DNA of 61,261 nt, taken from assembly GCA_017455185.1 (NCBI GenBank), contig JAFTBN010000049.1:1-61261 (forward strand), given 5' to 3'. The notes under the pieces are model-generated. The model was not told where the DNA came from. It worked only from the letters and a program-made list of their open reading frames with translations, and ran no database searches. Origin of the DNA: Clostridia bacterium. Its GTDB lineage: Bacteria; Bacillota; Clostridia; Oscillospirales; CAG-272. The translations under genes were made by a program, and so were the position numbers. Positions 1-9,648 of this stretch are shown piece after piece. Each line of letters begins with the position of its first letter. Positions within the stretch are counted from its first letter, which is position 1.

Positions 1-111
1 CCACGAATTCGTCCTTTGCCTGACCCAAATGCACCAAAGAGACATGTTGGCAGACCACGTAAAGATGAAGTGTTAACCAAAAATGAAACCGACGATGACA
101 AGGCCCTATAG
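1..111 (+). CDS. 3' end of a CDS truncated by the window edge, with an AT-hook-like GRPRK motif
   Basis: Frame 1 is open from base 1 to TAG at 109-111: PRIRPLPDPNAPKRHVGRPRKDEVLTKNETDDDKAL*. Confidence 0.45.
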   Translation, partial: PRIRPLPDPNAPKRHVGRPRKDEVLTKNETDDDKAL

Positions 112-277
112 TACAAAAATTTGGGAAATTATTATTTGATAGCATCTCTGAAGTCTTTGATGTTCATTTTTCTTTCCTTTCTTATAAGGTTGTTTTGAGT
201 CAGGGAAAATCGTAGCTATTATCCCGTGTGTACGGATAACCCCTACACGAACCCCTTTCCACGAAAACGACAAAAAG

Positions 278-313
278 AAAAACCCCGGAAAACCGCATAG
301 TTCCGGGGTTTTT
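278..313 (-). terminator. Intrinsic terminator after rpsI (probably bidirectional)
   Basis: 13-bp inverted repeat AAAAACCCCGGAA / TTCCGGGGTTTTT with T-runs on both strands. Confidence 0.75.
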
Positions 314-332
314 GAGCATTTTGTAGTCTCGA

Positions 333-734
333 TCAGCGCTTGCTGAACTGACTTGCACGACGAGCGGCTTTGAGTCCGTACTTCTTTCTTTCCTTCATAC
401 GAGGGTCGCGGGTCATGAAACCGGCAGCCTTCAATGCGGGACGATATTCAGCATCCGCCTCAACGAGAGCGCGGGAGATGCCGTGACGGATTGCGCCAGC
501 CTGACCGGAGAAACCTCCGCCGACAACCTTGGCAACAACGTCGAACTTACCAACCGTCTCGGTAACGCCGAAGGGCTGGTTTACAATCAGCTTCAATGTC
601 TCAAGACCGAAGTAATCATCAATATCACGGCCATTGATGGTCACAGTTCCGGTGCCCGGGAACAGATATACGCGGGCAATAGACTTCTTTCTTCTACCAG
701 TTCCGTAGAAGCTTACTTTAGAACTTTCGTACAT
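333..734 (-). CDS. rpsI: 30S ribosomal protein S9
   Basis: [42 protein letters not shown]...QFSKR. Confidence 0.99.
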   Translation of the reverse strand: MYESSKVSFYGTGRRKKSIARVYLFPGTGTVTINGRDIDDYFGLETLKLIVNQPFGVTETVGKFDVVAKVVGGGFSGQAGAIRHGISRALVEADAEYRPALKAAGFMTRDPRMKERKKYGLKAARRASQFSKR

Positions 735-753
735 GATGAATCTCCTTTCTCAA

Positions 754-1203
754 TTATGCTTCTTCGTATACTTCAGGCTTCAGGCCGGCATACTTGACCT
801 TTGCTTTTTCAAAGGCCTCTTCGGAAGCGAACACCTTCAACCGGGTAAACGCCGAAGCACCCAGCGAATTGTGGGGGAGCATTCCCTTTACTGCCAGTTC
901 CACCGCGAGTTCGGGACGGTTCTGCATCAAGGTCTTGTACTGAACGGACTTCAAACCGCCGATATAACCGGAGTGATGACGATAATATTTCTGCTCAAGC
1001 TTCTTGCCTGTCAGAACTGCTTTATCCGCATTGATAACGAAAACAAAATTACCACAATCAACATTCGGTGTAAACTCAGGAGCATTCTTGCCGCGGAGCA
1101 GGTTGGCTACTACGACAGCAGTCTTGCCGAGAGGACGATTTGCAGCATCAACAATATAGCACTTGCGCACTATATTTTCTTTTTTCTGCATAAAAGTAGA
1201 CAT
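754..1203 (-). CDS. rplM: 50S ribosomal protein L13
   Basis: YIVDAANRPLGK, FTPNVDCGNFV, YYRHHSGYIGGLK, KGMLP; start moved to MSTF, which follows a GGAGG RBS. Confidence 0.98.
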   Translation of the reverse strand: MSTFMQKKENIVRKCYIVDAANRPLGKTAVVVANLLRGKNAPEFTPNVDCGNFVFVINADKAVLTGKKLEQKYYRHHSGYIGGLKSVQYKTLMQNRPELAVELAVKGMLPHNSLGASAFTRLKVFASEEAFEKAKVKYAGLKPEVYEEA

Positions 1204-1245
1204 GTGTATTTCCTCCATTTAGATCGTCTTTTTAAACGCCCGTGC

Positions 1246-1275
1246 ATTATAGCACAAAGGCCTTGAAGTTGTCAA
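1246..1275 (-). promoter_or_regulatory. SigA-type promoter of rplM-rpsI
   Basis: Minus strand TTGACA-N18-TATAAT with extended TG. Confidence 0.8.
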
Positions 1276-1375
1276 GGCCTTTTTATAAAAAATCCAATTA
1301 TTTTAATTTAGCGATTCAATTACTTTCAAAATCGCCGTTTTTCGCCACAATCGATGCCTTTTCCTCACTTGTCAT

Positions 1376-2092
1376 TCACACGTAAGCGACGACCTTCTCA
1401 TAGATGGTCTTCACGGAATCCTCGGAGAGGTTGACCTGAGCGGCAAACGCCGGAACCGCAGACACAACCTGCGCAAGGATGGGAATGCAGCGGTTTCTTC
1501 CTTCCTCATCCACGGGGATGTAGGAAGAAGAAATCAGCATTCTGGCGGATTCTTCGACCGACAGTTTCTCGATCTTCGGCTCGTCGCCCCGCCCCAGAAA
1601 AACGATGGCGGACAGTCTGGACACCGCGTTGACGGCCAGTCCCTCCTTGCCGCTCCAGGGCGTCCCGTACACCGAAACCACCTCGTCGCTGATCCGGACC
1701 AGTGGTTTGTCCCCGTTGAGGATCCTTGCCTCATCGCCGAACATCTCGAGCCACATGCGGGCATGCGTGGTCTTCCCTACACCGCGGGGCGCCGAAAACG
1801 CAATCGTCATTCCCCGGCACTGAATCACGCAGGCATGCAGCAAAAAAGCCTTGTACTCCGGGAGCCTCAGCGCAATCTTGCGCATAATGACCATGTTCTC
1901 CGCTTCGCCCGGCTCAAGCTTTTTCCAGGTGACGGAGCGGGTCATGCATTGCAATTCCTTCTCCTCCGCCCTTACGGTAAACAGCGGGGATGCCGTATGG
2001 AAAGGCACAATATAATCCTGGCATACCTGACGTACGTCGGGATATTTTTCATCGATGCCAACGGTCATGCCGGCCACTTTTACGTAGAACAT
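1376..2092 (-). CDS. HprK-related P-loop kinase (ScmC / lasso-cluster-kinase-like)
   Basis: LLHACVI...FSAPRGVGKTTHARMW...ILNGDKPLV...YGTPWSGKE. Confidence 0.7.
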   Translation of the reverse strand: MFYVKVAGMTVGIDEKYPDVRQVCQDYIVPFHTASPLFTVRAEEKELQCMTRSVTWKKLEPGEAENMVIMRKIALRLPEYKAFLLHACVIQCRGMTIAFSAPRGVGKTTHARMWLEMFGDEARILNGDKPLVRISDEVVSVYGTPWSGKEGLAVNAVSRLSAIVFLGRGDEPKIEKLSVEESARMLISSSYIPVDEEGRNRCIPILAQVVSAVPAFAAQVNLSEDSVKTIYEKVVAYV

Positions 2093-2107
2093 GTTTCCTT
2101 CCTTTTT

Positions 2108-2148
2108 ATAAAGGGCTGCCGAACCACCGGTTGCAACAGCCCCTTTAT
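2108..2148. terminator. Intergenic hairpin, probable terminator
   Basis: ATAAAGGGCTG ... CAGCCCCTTTAT. Confidence 0.5.
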
Positions 2149-2158
2149 GCTATGAGTC

Positions 2159-2827
2159 TCAATAAAACGCGTCCAGATTCCGTCTGACGTATCCGTACAT
2201 CCGCTTCTGGATGTACTTGCGGTTCCCGATGATGTAATCCGAAACGCGGGAATAATCGTGGGAAAGGTTTTCCTTCAGATATTTCAAAACCCGGACCATG
2301 TCCTCCTCGCCGTTGGATCGAAGGGCATACAGAATCACCTTCAGATTTTCATCCGTGCAGTTTTCAAACATCGCCCAGCCGCGGTCACTGTTCTCTTCCG
2401 CCAGGTCATACAGCATCTTATAGGCGACAAGAGGCATATACACATGATTCTTGTCAAACCGCTCCTCGTGCTGGAGCACGTCTCCGGTCCAGAGGGCGGA
2501 AGCACGGCCCTGCGCAATCCGACTGACGAAGAAAGACATACGGCTGTTGACTATGTCAAAGGTGAGTTTATCAGGCTGAATGTTGCGCTTTTTCTTCTTG
2601 TCATACAAGAAATAATTCGGCATGCTCTCGCATTCCAGGAACGTATAATACAGGCACAAAACCATCAGAATCAGCAATATAATGCCGAACAAAATGGCAA
2701 AGACCTTCACCACCGTCACTTCACAGCGAGGCACAAAAACAGCAAACAACAAAATGGCAATAATGAGAGAAAGCCCGGCTCCGCTCAACGGAATCAGCGT
2801 AGATGGCTTTTTATTCAATGTCACCAT
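2159..2827 (-). CDS. Hypothetical membrane protein with two N-terminal TM helices
   Basis: Two hydrophobic stretches; ATG at 2827 follows GGAAGGAGAAGG; own promoter upstream. Confidence 0.75.
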   Translation of the reverse strand: MVTLNKKPSTLIPLSGAGLSLIIAILLFAVFVPRCEVTVVKVFAILFGIILLILMVLCLYYTFLECESMPNYFLYDKKKKRNIQPDKLTFDIVNSRMSFFVSRIAQGRASALWTGDVLQHEERFDKNHVYMPLVAYKMLYDLAEENSDRGWAMFENCTDENLKVILYALRSNGEEDMVRVLKYLKENLSHDYSRVSDYIIGNRKYIQKRMYGYVRRNLDAFY

Positions 2828-2871
2828 ATGCGGCCCTTCTCCTTCCTGCCAAATACATTTTAACACAAATC

Positions 2872-2900
2872 ATTATAACACACGCAAAGATGTTTGACAA
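2872..2900 (-). promoter_or_regulatory. SigA-type promoter
   Basis: Minus strand TTGTCA-N17-TATAAT. Confidence 0.65.
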
Positions 2901-2915
2901 GTCTGTTTAAAAAAC

Positions 2916-3029
2916 TTTTGCCTCAAACGGAATGCGCTGAAGTGTAAAGTTAACTTCCGCTCCAAAGGGGTAAAATTGAAGTCAGTCGTCAGGCAACTTC
3001 AGGTTTCATTCCGTCGTCAGATGGCAAAA
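2916..3029. ncRNA. Candidate structured RNA or palindromic element (long rod-like hairpin)
   Basis: Five nested helices: TTTTGCC/GGCAAAA, ACGGAATG/CATTCCGT, CTGAAGT/ACTTCAG, ACTTC/GAAGT, CTCC/GGGG. Confidence 0.45.
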
Positions 3030-3084
3030 AATCCTTGAAGCAGGCATGAACCATGGTTCAGCAAAAGAAGCGATTGCCGAAGCA

Positions 3085-4323
3085 TCAGGACTCTTTGTGC
3101 CGGATCCCGATTTCGGGGTTTTCGTACATCCCGAGAAAGATGCTGTTCCGCCCGTATCTGGAACGGATATCCGCCAGAACATCCTCGACCATTTCCTTCT
3201 TGTCCCCGCTCTCCCCGTCCGGATTGTCAAAAATCGTCAGCTGCCGTTCCACCTGATCCGCCGGGATCAGGCCGGTCACCGTCAGCGACAGAAGCCGGAC
3301 CGGCTTGTCCATCATATGCATGGCGGAAATCAGCTGCATCGCCCGGGGGACGAGCACGGACTTGAGCCAGGTCGGCTCATTCAGCTGACACTGCTTTTGC
3401 ACGACACGGAAGTTCGGATCCTTGACTTGGATCTGCAGCACGCTTCCCTTCAGGTTTGCCCGGCGCAGCCGGCTTGCCACCGAGTCCGCCAGTTCGGACA
3501 GTCCCTGACGGATTTCCTCCTCGCCCGAGATATCCCTTCGGAACGTCATGCTGTTCCCGACGCTTTTGACTTCCCTGCGTTCGTGATAGGCGTGCACCGG
3601 TTCCCGGTCCAGTCCGTTGGCGTAAATCCAAAGCGTCTTGCCTGCCTCGCCCAGGACTTCTTCCAGGTCCTCTTCCCTGGTCTGGGCCAGTTGCCCTATG
3701 GTGAAGATTCCCATCCGGTTGAGCGCCAGATTCGTCTGTTTTCCCACGTACAAAAGATCGGACGCCGGGAGAGGGTCCACAATTTCGGCTTTGTTCTGCG
3801 GCGTGATTTCGGTGGTCGCGTCAGGCTTTTTGTAATCGCTTCCGAGTTTGGCGAACACCTTGCAAAAGCTGACCCCGACCGAGATGGTAATGCCGATTTC
3901 CGCCTTCACGCGGGCACGGAGTTCATCCGCCACTTCATGGGGCGTCTTTTTCAGATAGGTCAGGCTGCCGGTGATATCCAAAAAGGACTCGTCGATTCCG
4001 AACGGATCCACAAGGTCGGTGTACTGCAGATAAATGGCATTGACTTTCTTCGATATTTCGGAATACAGGTCGTGATGAGCCGGCAGGCAAACCAACTGGG
4101 GACATTTCTGCCTGGCCGAATAGATGGTTTCTGCCGTCCGGACCCCGTACTTTTTGGCAATGTCGTTCTTCGCGACCACGATTCCGTGTCGGTCGGTCGG
4201 GTCTCCTGTCACGGCGACCGGACTGTTTCTCAGATCCGGCCGGGAAAGCAATTCACAGGAAGCAAAAAAATTGTTGCAGTCGCAATGCAAAATACTGCGA
4301 AGCGGTTCGGTTCCGTTTTCCAT
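3085..4323 (-). CDS. dinB: DNA polymerase IV (Y-family)
   Basis: ILHCDCNNFFASCE, AKKYGV, FGIDESFLD, AKLGSDYKKP; start at MENG after GGAGG. Confidence 0.95.
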   Translation of the reverse strand: MENGTEPLRSILHCDCNNFFASCELLSRPDLRNSPVAVTGDPTDRHGIVVAKNDIAKKYGVRTAETIYSARQKCPQLVCLPAHHDLYSEISKKVNAIYLQYTDLVDPFGIDESFLDITGSLTYLKKTPHEVADELRARVKAEIGITISVGVSFCKVFAKLGSDYKKPDATTEITPQNKAEIVDPLPASDLLYVGKQTNLALNRMGIFTIGQLAQTREEDLEEVLGEAGKTLWIYANGLDREPVHAYHERREVKSVGNSMTFRRDISGEEEIRQGLSELADSVASRLRRANLKGSVLQIQVKDPNFRVVQKQCQLNEPTWLKSVLVPRAMQLISAMHMMDKPVRLLSLTVTGLIPADQVERQLTIFDNPDGESGDKKEMVEDVLADIRSRYGRNSIFLGMYENPEIGIRHKES

Positions 4324-4345
4324 GCTTTCCTCCTTCTTCCTTGAC

Positions 4346-4370
4346 AAAAGGACGCCCGGGGCGTCCTTTT
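4346..4370 (-). terminator. Terminator of the V-ATPase operon
   Basis: AAAAGGACGCC / GGCGTCCTTTT 11-bp stem. Confidence 0.75.
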
Positions 4371-4386
4371 AATCCTATTTTCCGGT

Positions 4387-5100
4387 TCAGGCTTCTTCCT
4401 CTTCCGGCCGTTCGTCCGGGTGCGCTTCGTAAAAGATTTCGTCGTCTTCCTCGATGCGCTGCTCCCGCTGCGCCTTCAGCATCATGTCCTTGACTTTCAT
4501 CAGCCGGGTCGTGTTGCCCCGCTCGTTTTCATCCAGTTTCATCTTGATGGATTTGATGGTGGCAAGATATTGAGGCATCATGATGTATTCCAGCGCGTTG
4601 ACGCGGCGGCGGGTTCTCTCGATTTCCTGGGCCAGAAGCTGTGCGGTCTTTTCCAGGGCAGCCATCCGGATCAGGTCCTCTTGAATGCCGTTGAGTTCCT
4701 TGACCGAAGCGTCCAGTTCTCCCGAAGTAAACGCCAGACCGTAATTGCAGCTGTCCACGCCCGCGTCCGAAACCTGAATCTCGAACTGCGGTACGATGAC
4801 GCTCATCAGATTCCTGTAGGAAACGTCCAGGGCGCATTCCTTCTTCGGGCAAATCAAAGCCTCCTGCAGCATCTGCGGGTTTCCCACCGCACCGGCGATG
4901 GAGAATGAATGATAAACCTGCCCGAGTGCCATTTCCACCTTTTCGCGCAGCACCTTGTTCTCCCGGACCACATCCAGAAACTGCCTCATCAGCTCGTCTC
5001 TTTTGTCCTTGAGCAGCTTGTGCCCCTTGCGGGCGGTCTGATAGCGGGTCTGTATTTTTTTCAATTCCATCCGGGTCGGATTGACATTGATTCCTGCCAT
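4387..5100 (-). CDS. ntpD: V-type ATPase subunit D
   Basis: VNPTRMEL, GHKLLKDKRDEL, EIERTRRRVNALE. Confidence 0.95.
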   Translation of the reverse strand: MAGINVNPTRMELKKIQTRYQTARKGHKLLKDKRDELMRQFLDVVRENKVLREKVEMALGQVYHSFSIAGAVGNPQMLQEALICPKKECALDVSYRNLMSVIVPQFEIQVSDAGVDSCNYGLAFTSGELDASVKELNGIQEDLIRMAALEKTAQLLAQEIERTRRRVNALEYIMMPQYLATIKSIKMKLDENERGNTTRLMKVKDMMLKAQREQRIEEDDEIFYEAHPDERPEEEEA

Positions 5101-5115
5101 ACTAAATCCTCTTGC

Positions 5116-6492
5116 TTAATCCTTTTTCGGCCAATACTTTTCCACAAACTCAGGTTTGATACGCTTCATTTCGCTCTTGGGAAGAATGGAAAGCAGTTTC
5201 CAGCCCAGATCCAGCGTCTGCTCGATGGTCCGGTCCTCATAGAATCCCTGATTTATGAATTGGGATTCAAAGGCGTCCGCAAACTGAGCGTACAGACGGT
5301 CCATCGGCGTCAGGGCGGCCTCGCCCAGAACGACCATCAACTCCTTTGCGTCCTTGCCGCGGGCATAGGAAGCGAAGAGCTGGTTGAGCACGCCCGAATG
5401 ATCCTCGCGGGTCTTGCCTTCCCCGATGCCCTTGTCTTTCAGACGGGAAAGAGACGGAAGAACGTCCACCGGAGGCATATATCCCTTGCGGTACATCTCA
5501 CGGGACAGAATGATCTGCCCTTCGGTGATGTATCCGGTCAGGTCGGGAATCGGGTGGGTCTTGTCGTCTTCGGGCATGGTCAGGATCGGAATCATGGTAA
5601 TGGAACCGTCCGAACCCATTTTCCTTCCGGCCCGCTCATACATCGTCGCAAGGTCGGTATACAGATAGCCGGGATATCCGCGGCGTCCGGGCACTTCCTT
5701 GCGGGCGGCCGAGACTTCACGGAGCGCTTCGGCGTAGTTGGTGATATCCGTCAGGATGACCAGCACGTGCATGTTGCACTCGAAAGCCAGATACTCGGCG
5801 GCGGTCAGGGCCATACGGGGCGTGGAAATACGCTCGATGGCGGCGTCGCTCGCCAGATTGATGAACAGGACCGTTCGGTCGATTGCTCCCGTTTTCTTGA
5901 AATCGGAAATGAAGAAATCCGCTTCCTCAAACGTGATGCCGATGGCGGCGAACACAACGGCGAATTTGGAATCCGAATTGCGGACCTTGGCCTGTCTGGC
6001 AATCTGCGCCGCCAGTTCTGCGTGCGGCAGACCGGAACCCGAGAAAATCGGAAGTTTCTGTCCGCGGACCAGTGTGTTCAGTCCGTCAATGGTGGATACA
6101 CCGGTCTGGATGAATTCGGACGGATAGTATCTCGCGGCCGGATTGATCGGCGTGCCGTTGATGTCCAGCGACTTGTCCGGAATGATTTTCGCGCCGCCGT
6201 CGATCGGCTGGCCCATTCCGTTGAAAACGCGTCCAAGCATGTTCTGCGACACGGGCAGTTCCACGCCGTGTCCCGAAAAGCGAACCTTGGAATCGGCAAG
6301 ATTGAGGCCGGCGGCCGATTCAAACAGCTGAACCAGCACATTCCGCCCATTGACTTCCAACACACGGCAGCGGCGAACCGAGCCGTCCGGAAGTTCGATT
6401 TCTCCCAACTCGTCGTATTTAACGCCGTCCACCTGCTTGACCAGCATCAAAGGACCGGCGACTTCTTCTATTGTTCTGTATTCACGAATCAT
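5116..6492 (-). CDS. ntpB: V-type ATPase subunit B
   Basis: [44 protein letters not shown]. Confidence 0.97.
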   Translation of the reverse strand: MIREYRTIEEVAGPLMLVKQVDGVKYDELGEIELPDGSVRRCRVLEVNGRNVLVQLFESAAGLNLADSKVRFSGHGVELPVSQNMLGRVFNGMGQPIDGGAKIIPDKSLDINGTPINPAARYYPSEFIQTGVSTIDGLNTLVRGQKLPIFSGSGLPHAELAAQIARQAKVRNSDSKFAVVFAAIGITFEEADFFISDFKKTGAIDRTVLFINLASDAAIERISTPRMALTAAEYLAFECNMHVLVILTDITNYAEALREVSAARKEVPGRRGYPGYLYTDLATMYERAGRKMGSDGSITMIPILTMPEDDKTHPIPDLTGYITEGQIILSREMYRKGYMPPVDVLPSLSRLKDKGIGEGKTREDHSGVLNQLFASYARGKDAKELMVVLGEAALTPMDRLYAQFADAFESQFINQGFYEDRTIEQTLDLGWKLLSILPKSEMKRIKPEFVEKYWPKKD

Positions 6493-6503
6493 AGGCTTCC
6501 CCG

Positions 6504-8279
6504 TCAATTCTCCTCTTTACTCTGCGCAACGCAATCGTTGATCTGATCGGTCATCTCGCTCTCAATCTGCATATAGGCTTCCTTATAATCTTTATAAGGA
6601 ACCGCTTTCGCACGGCCGATCTTTTCACGGACTTCCAGGTTCACCAGCTTCTCGATGTCCGCTCCCTGGGCAATCGCCTTACGCGACTTTTCCTCGAAGG
6701 AGAAAATCATCCGCAAAAGATCATGCTGCTTGTCGAGTTGGGTGAATCCGTCCACGTCGTCAAACGCGAACTGCTGAAGGAAGTCTTCACGGACCGAACG
6801 GGCCACTTCCATCGTCAGCCGGTCATCCGCCGAAAGGGCGTCCATACCGACCAGTTTTACGATTTCATCCAGGTTGGATTCCTCCTGCAGAATCTTCAAA
6901 GCGCGGGAAGTCAGCTCCATCCAGTCGGTCGCCACGTTCTCCGAGAACCACTCGGTCAGACGGTTGCGGTACAGAGAATAGGAATTGAGCCAGTTGATGG
7001 CCGGGAAATGTCTCTTGTACGCCAGCGCGCTGTCCAGTCCCCAGAACACCTTGACAATCCGGAGGGTCGCCTGGGTAACCGGCTCGGAAATGTCGCCGCC
7101 CTGCGGGGAAACCGCCCCGATGGCGGACAGTGTGCCGATCCGGGCATCCGAGCCCCGGCAGACCACCTTCCCTGCGCGCTCGTAGAACTGAGCCAGACGG
7201 GAAGTCAGGTAAGCGGGATAGCCTTCCTCGCCCGGCATTTCCTCCAGACGTCCCGACATTTCGCGCAAAGCTTCCGCCCAGCGGGAAGTCGAGTCGGCGA
7301 TAACGGCCACGTTCAGGCCCATATCCCGGTAATATTCCGCAATGGTGATGCCGGTATAAACCGAAGCCTCACGGGCCGCAACCGGCATATCCGACGTGTT
7401 GGCAATCAGCACGGTTCTTTCCATCAGGGACTTGCCCGTGCGGGGGTCGATCAGTTCAGGGAATTCCCGCAGAACGTCGGTCATCTCGTTGCCGCGCTCA
7501 CCGCATCCGATGTATACGACAACGTCCACGTCGCTCCATTTTGCCAGCTGATGCTGCACAACGGTTTTGCCCGCTCCGAAGGGGCCCGGAACACAGGCGG
7601 TTCCGCCCTTGGCAATCGGGAATAGCGCGTCGATGGAACGCTGGCCGGTAATCATCGGTTCGACCGGCGGCATTTTCTCGGCATAAGGACGGGCGACGCG
7701 AACCGGCCACTTGTGGGAAAGACGCAATTCAAAGGTCGTTCCGTCGTCCTTCTTCAGCGTGCCGATGACGTCGGTCACGGTGAAATCTCCCGAGCGCAAA
7801 TCGGAAAGAACGCCGGACTGATTTGGAGGAACCATGATCTTGTGGCAGATCACCTCGGTCTCCTGCACGTAACCCAGTACGTCGCCTGACGCGACCCGGT
7901 CTCCGGGTTTGCGTTCCGCATCGAAATGCCAGACCGTTTCCCGGCTCAGCGCAGGCTCCTGGATGCCTTTGGTGATGTTGGAACCGACCTTGAGCCGGAT
8001 GGTCTCCAGCGGTCTTTGAATGCCGTCGTAAATGTTTTTCAACAGACCCGGCCCGAGTTCAACCGACAAAGGCGCGTCCGTGGAAACCACGACGTCCCCG
8101 CGGCCGATTCCGGCCGTCTCCTCATACACCTGGACAGAAGCCCGGTCTCCGTGCATTTCAATGATTTCCCCGATCAGTTTCTTCGCACCGACATGGACCA
8201 CGTCAAACATATTGGCGTTGCGCATGCCTTCTGCAACGATCAGCGGGCCTGAAACTTTGAGAACCTTCCCTTCAACCAT
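6504..8279 (-). CDS. ntpA: V-type ATPase subunit A
   Basis: P-loop [29 protein letters not shown]. Confidence 0.97.
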   Translation of the reverse strand: MVEGKVLKVSGPLIVAEGMRNANMFDVVHVGAKKLIGEIIEMHGDRASVQVYEETAGIGRGDVVVSTDAPLSVELGPGLLKNIYDGIQRPLETIRLKVGSNITKGIQEPALSRETVWHFDAERKPGDRVASGDVLGYVQETEVICHKIMVPPNQSGVLSDLRSGDFTVTDVIGTLKKDDGTTFELRLSHKWPVRVARPYAEKMPPVEPMITGQRSIDALFPIAKGGTACVPGPFGAGKTVVQHQLAKWSDVDVVVYIGCGERGNEMTDVLREFPELIDPRTGKSLMERTVLIANTSDMPVAAREASVYTGITIAEYYRDMGLNVAVIADSTSRWAEALREMSGRLEEMPGEEGYPAYLTSRLAQFYERAGKVVCRGSDARIGTLSAIGAVSPQGGDISEPVTQATLRIVKVFWGLDSALAYKRHFPAINWLNSYSLYRNRLTEWFSENVATDWMELTSRALKILQEESNLDEIVKLVGMDALSADDRLTMEVARSVREDFLQQFAFDDVDGFTQLDKQHDLLRMIFSFEEKSRKAIAQGADIEKLVNLEVREKIGRAKAVPYKDYKEAYMQIESEMTDQINDCVAQSKEEN

Positions 8280-8303
8280 GTTATCGTCCTACTCTTTCCT
8301 TAG

Positions 8304-8630
8304 TTAGTTGTTGTTATTGAACAGAATATCCGCCCCGACGGCTCTCTCCACCGCGTGTCTGAGATTGGAAATCCCGTATCCGGTCGAGCCATGGATACCC
8401 GGCATCGTCGTAATGGCCGGAAGAGGCAGATCCTTGTATTTGTCCAATTCGGATTCCATCTTTTCAGCGTAATCCTCCACCAGATAAATGACCGCATACT
8501 CTTCGGATTTGACCAGCCTATGCAATATTTTTCCGGCTTCCTGCGAATCTTTCGCCTCAAACACCGAAAAGCCCAAAGCCATGAATCCGATCACCGAATC
8601 CCGGTCGCCTATCATTCCGATTTTATACAT
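8304..8630 (-). CDS. V-type ATPase subunit F
   Basis: MYKIGMIGDRDSVIGF...VERAVGADIL; operon position. Confidence 0.92.
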   Translation of the reverse strand: MYKIGMIGDRDSVIGFMALGFSVFEAKDSQEAGKILHRLVKSEEYAVIYLVEDYAEKMESELDKYKDLPLPAITTMPGIHGSTGYGISNLRHAVERAVGADILFNNNN

Positions 8631-9633
8631 AGCTGTCCCGCAACCTTTCCCGGATCGATTCAACGCTCAGCCCGGAATCCTTTCCGGCCAGCAGAATCCG
8701 CATGTTTTTCACCGCCGTTTCCATTCCCTCCAGATACGCGATGGACACCTCGGGCCCGAACGAAATGAATTTCGCCTCCCGTACGGCCTCCATGACCGCG
8801 TTATCGGCCAGCCGCTCGAGTGTGGCCAGGGTGAGGTCGGATTCGAGCGCGGATTTGGAGAAGCGGTAGTAATCGGTCTTGGCAAGGCCCTCAAAGAGAG
8901 CCTGCTCTCCCGCAGAAAAGGCTTCCTCAAAAAAGGACGTTTCGAGCACCCCTCCCGGAACCAGGGCCCGGTCAAGCAGGGAGCGCGAAGCCTCGCTCTG
9001 GCCCATCCGGATGGTCCGGACGGTCATCATGCAATTGAGCAAATCCGCTCTTGCCGCGACAACCCGGCACAGATAGTCCGAGCGGAACGCCCGGGCCGCT
9101 TCGGCCGCCGATTCGAAATAGGCCCGGTCCAGAATCAGGTCGATGACCTGCGGGTTCTGTGTGGACGCATATTCCAGGTCTGCTTTGGCCGCCGCCTCGG
9201 CAAAGGGTCCTTCGAGATTCTCCAGGTCGTGCTGCTCCATCCTCTTTTGCAGGGATTCGACGTCCAGCGTACCCAGCGGGATGATCATGGAGGAAGGATC
9301 CACGTGCCTGTAGTAGCATTTCATCACGGACTTGATGTTGTGGCAGTCGTACTTCAAGCGGAGGAAGGACAAATCCTGCCCTTCGGGCATCATGCTGTCC
9401 ACCTCTGTGTACGCATCCTTCAGGATCCGGAGGAACAAATCCTCCCGGGTTTCCTCTCCGCTTTCCCGGTTCAGACGGATGCCGTATCCGTCCAAAGCCT
9501 GCATAACGGCCTCAGGGCCCTGCATCTCCAGCAGCCGGTTGAGTTTGTCCTGACCGATCAGTCCGTTTTCCAACGCGCGAATGCGGGCAGAACTATACAT
9601 ATATTCATTTACATTCAACCCACGTTTGCCCAT
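8623..9633 (-). CDS. ntpC: V-type ATPase subunit C
   Basis: YSSARIRALE, YDCHNIK, IRERLRDSYV; operon position. Confidence 0.9.
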   Translation of the reverse strand: MGKRGLNVNEYMYSSARIRALENGLIGQDKLNRLLEMQGPEAVMQALDGYGIRLNRESGEETREDLFLRILKDAYTEVDSMMPEGQDLSFLRLKYDCHNIKSVMKCYYRHVDPSSMIIPLGTLDVESLQKRMEQHDLENLEGPFAEAAAKADLEYASTQNPQVIDLILDRAYFESAAEAARAFRSDYLCRVVAARADLLNCMMTVRTIRMGQSEASRSLLDRALVPGGVLETSFFEEAFSAGEQALFEGLAKTDYYRFSKSALESDLTLATLERLADNAVMEAVREAKFISFGPEVSIAYLEGMETAVKNMRILLAGKDSGLSVESIRERLRDSYV

Positions 9634-9648
9634 CTTTCACCTCATCTG

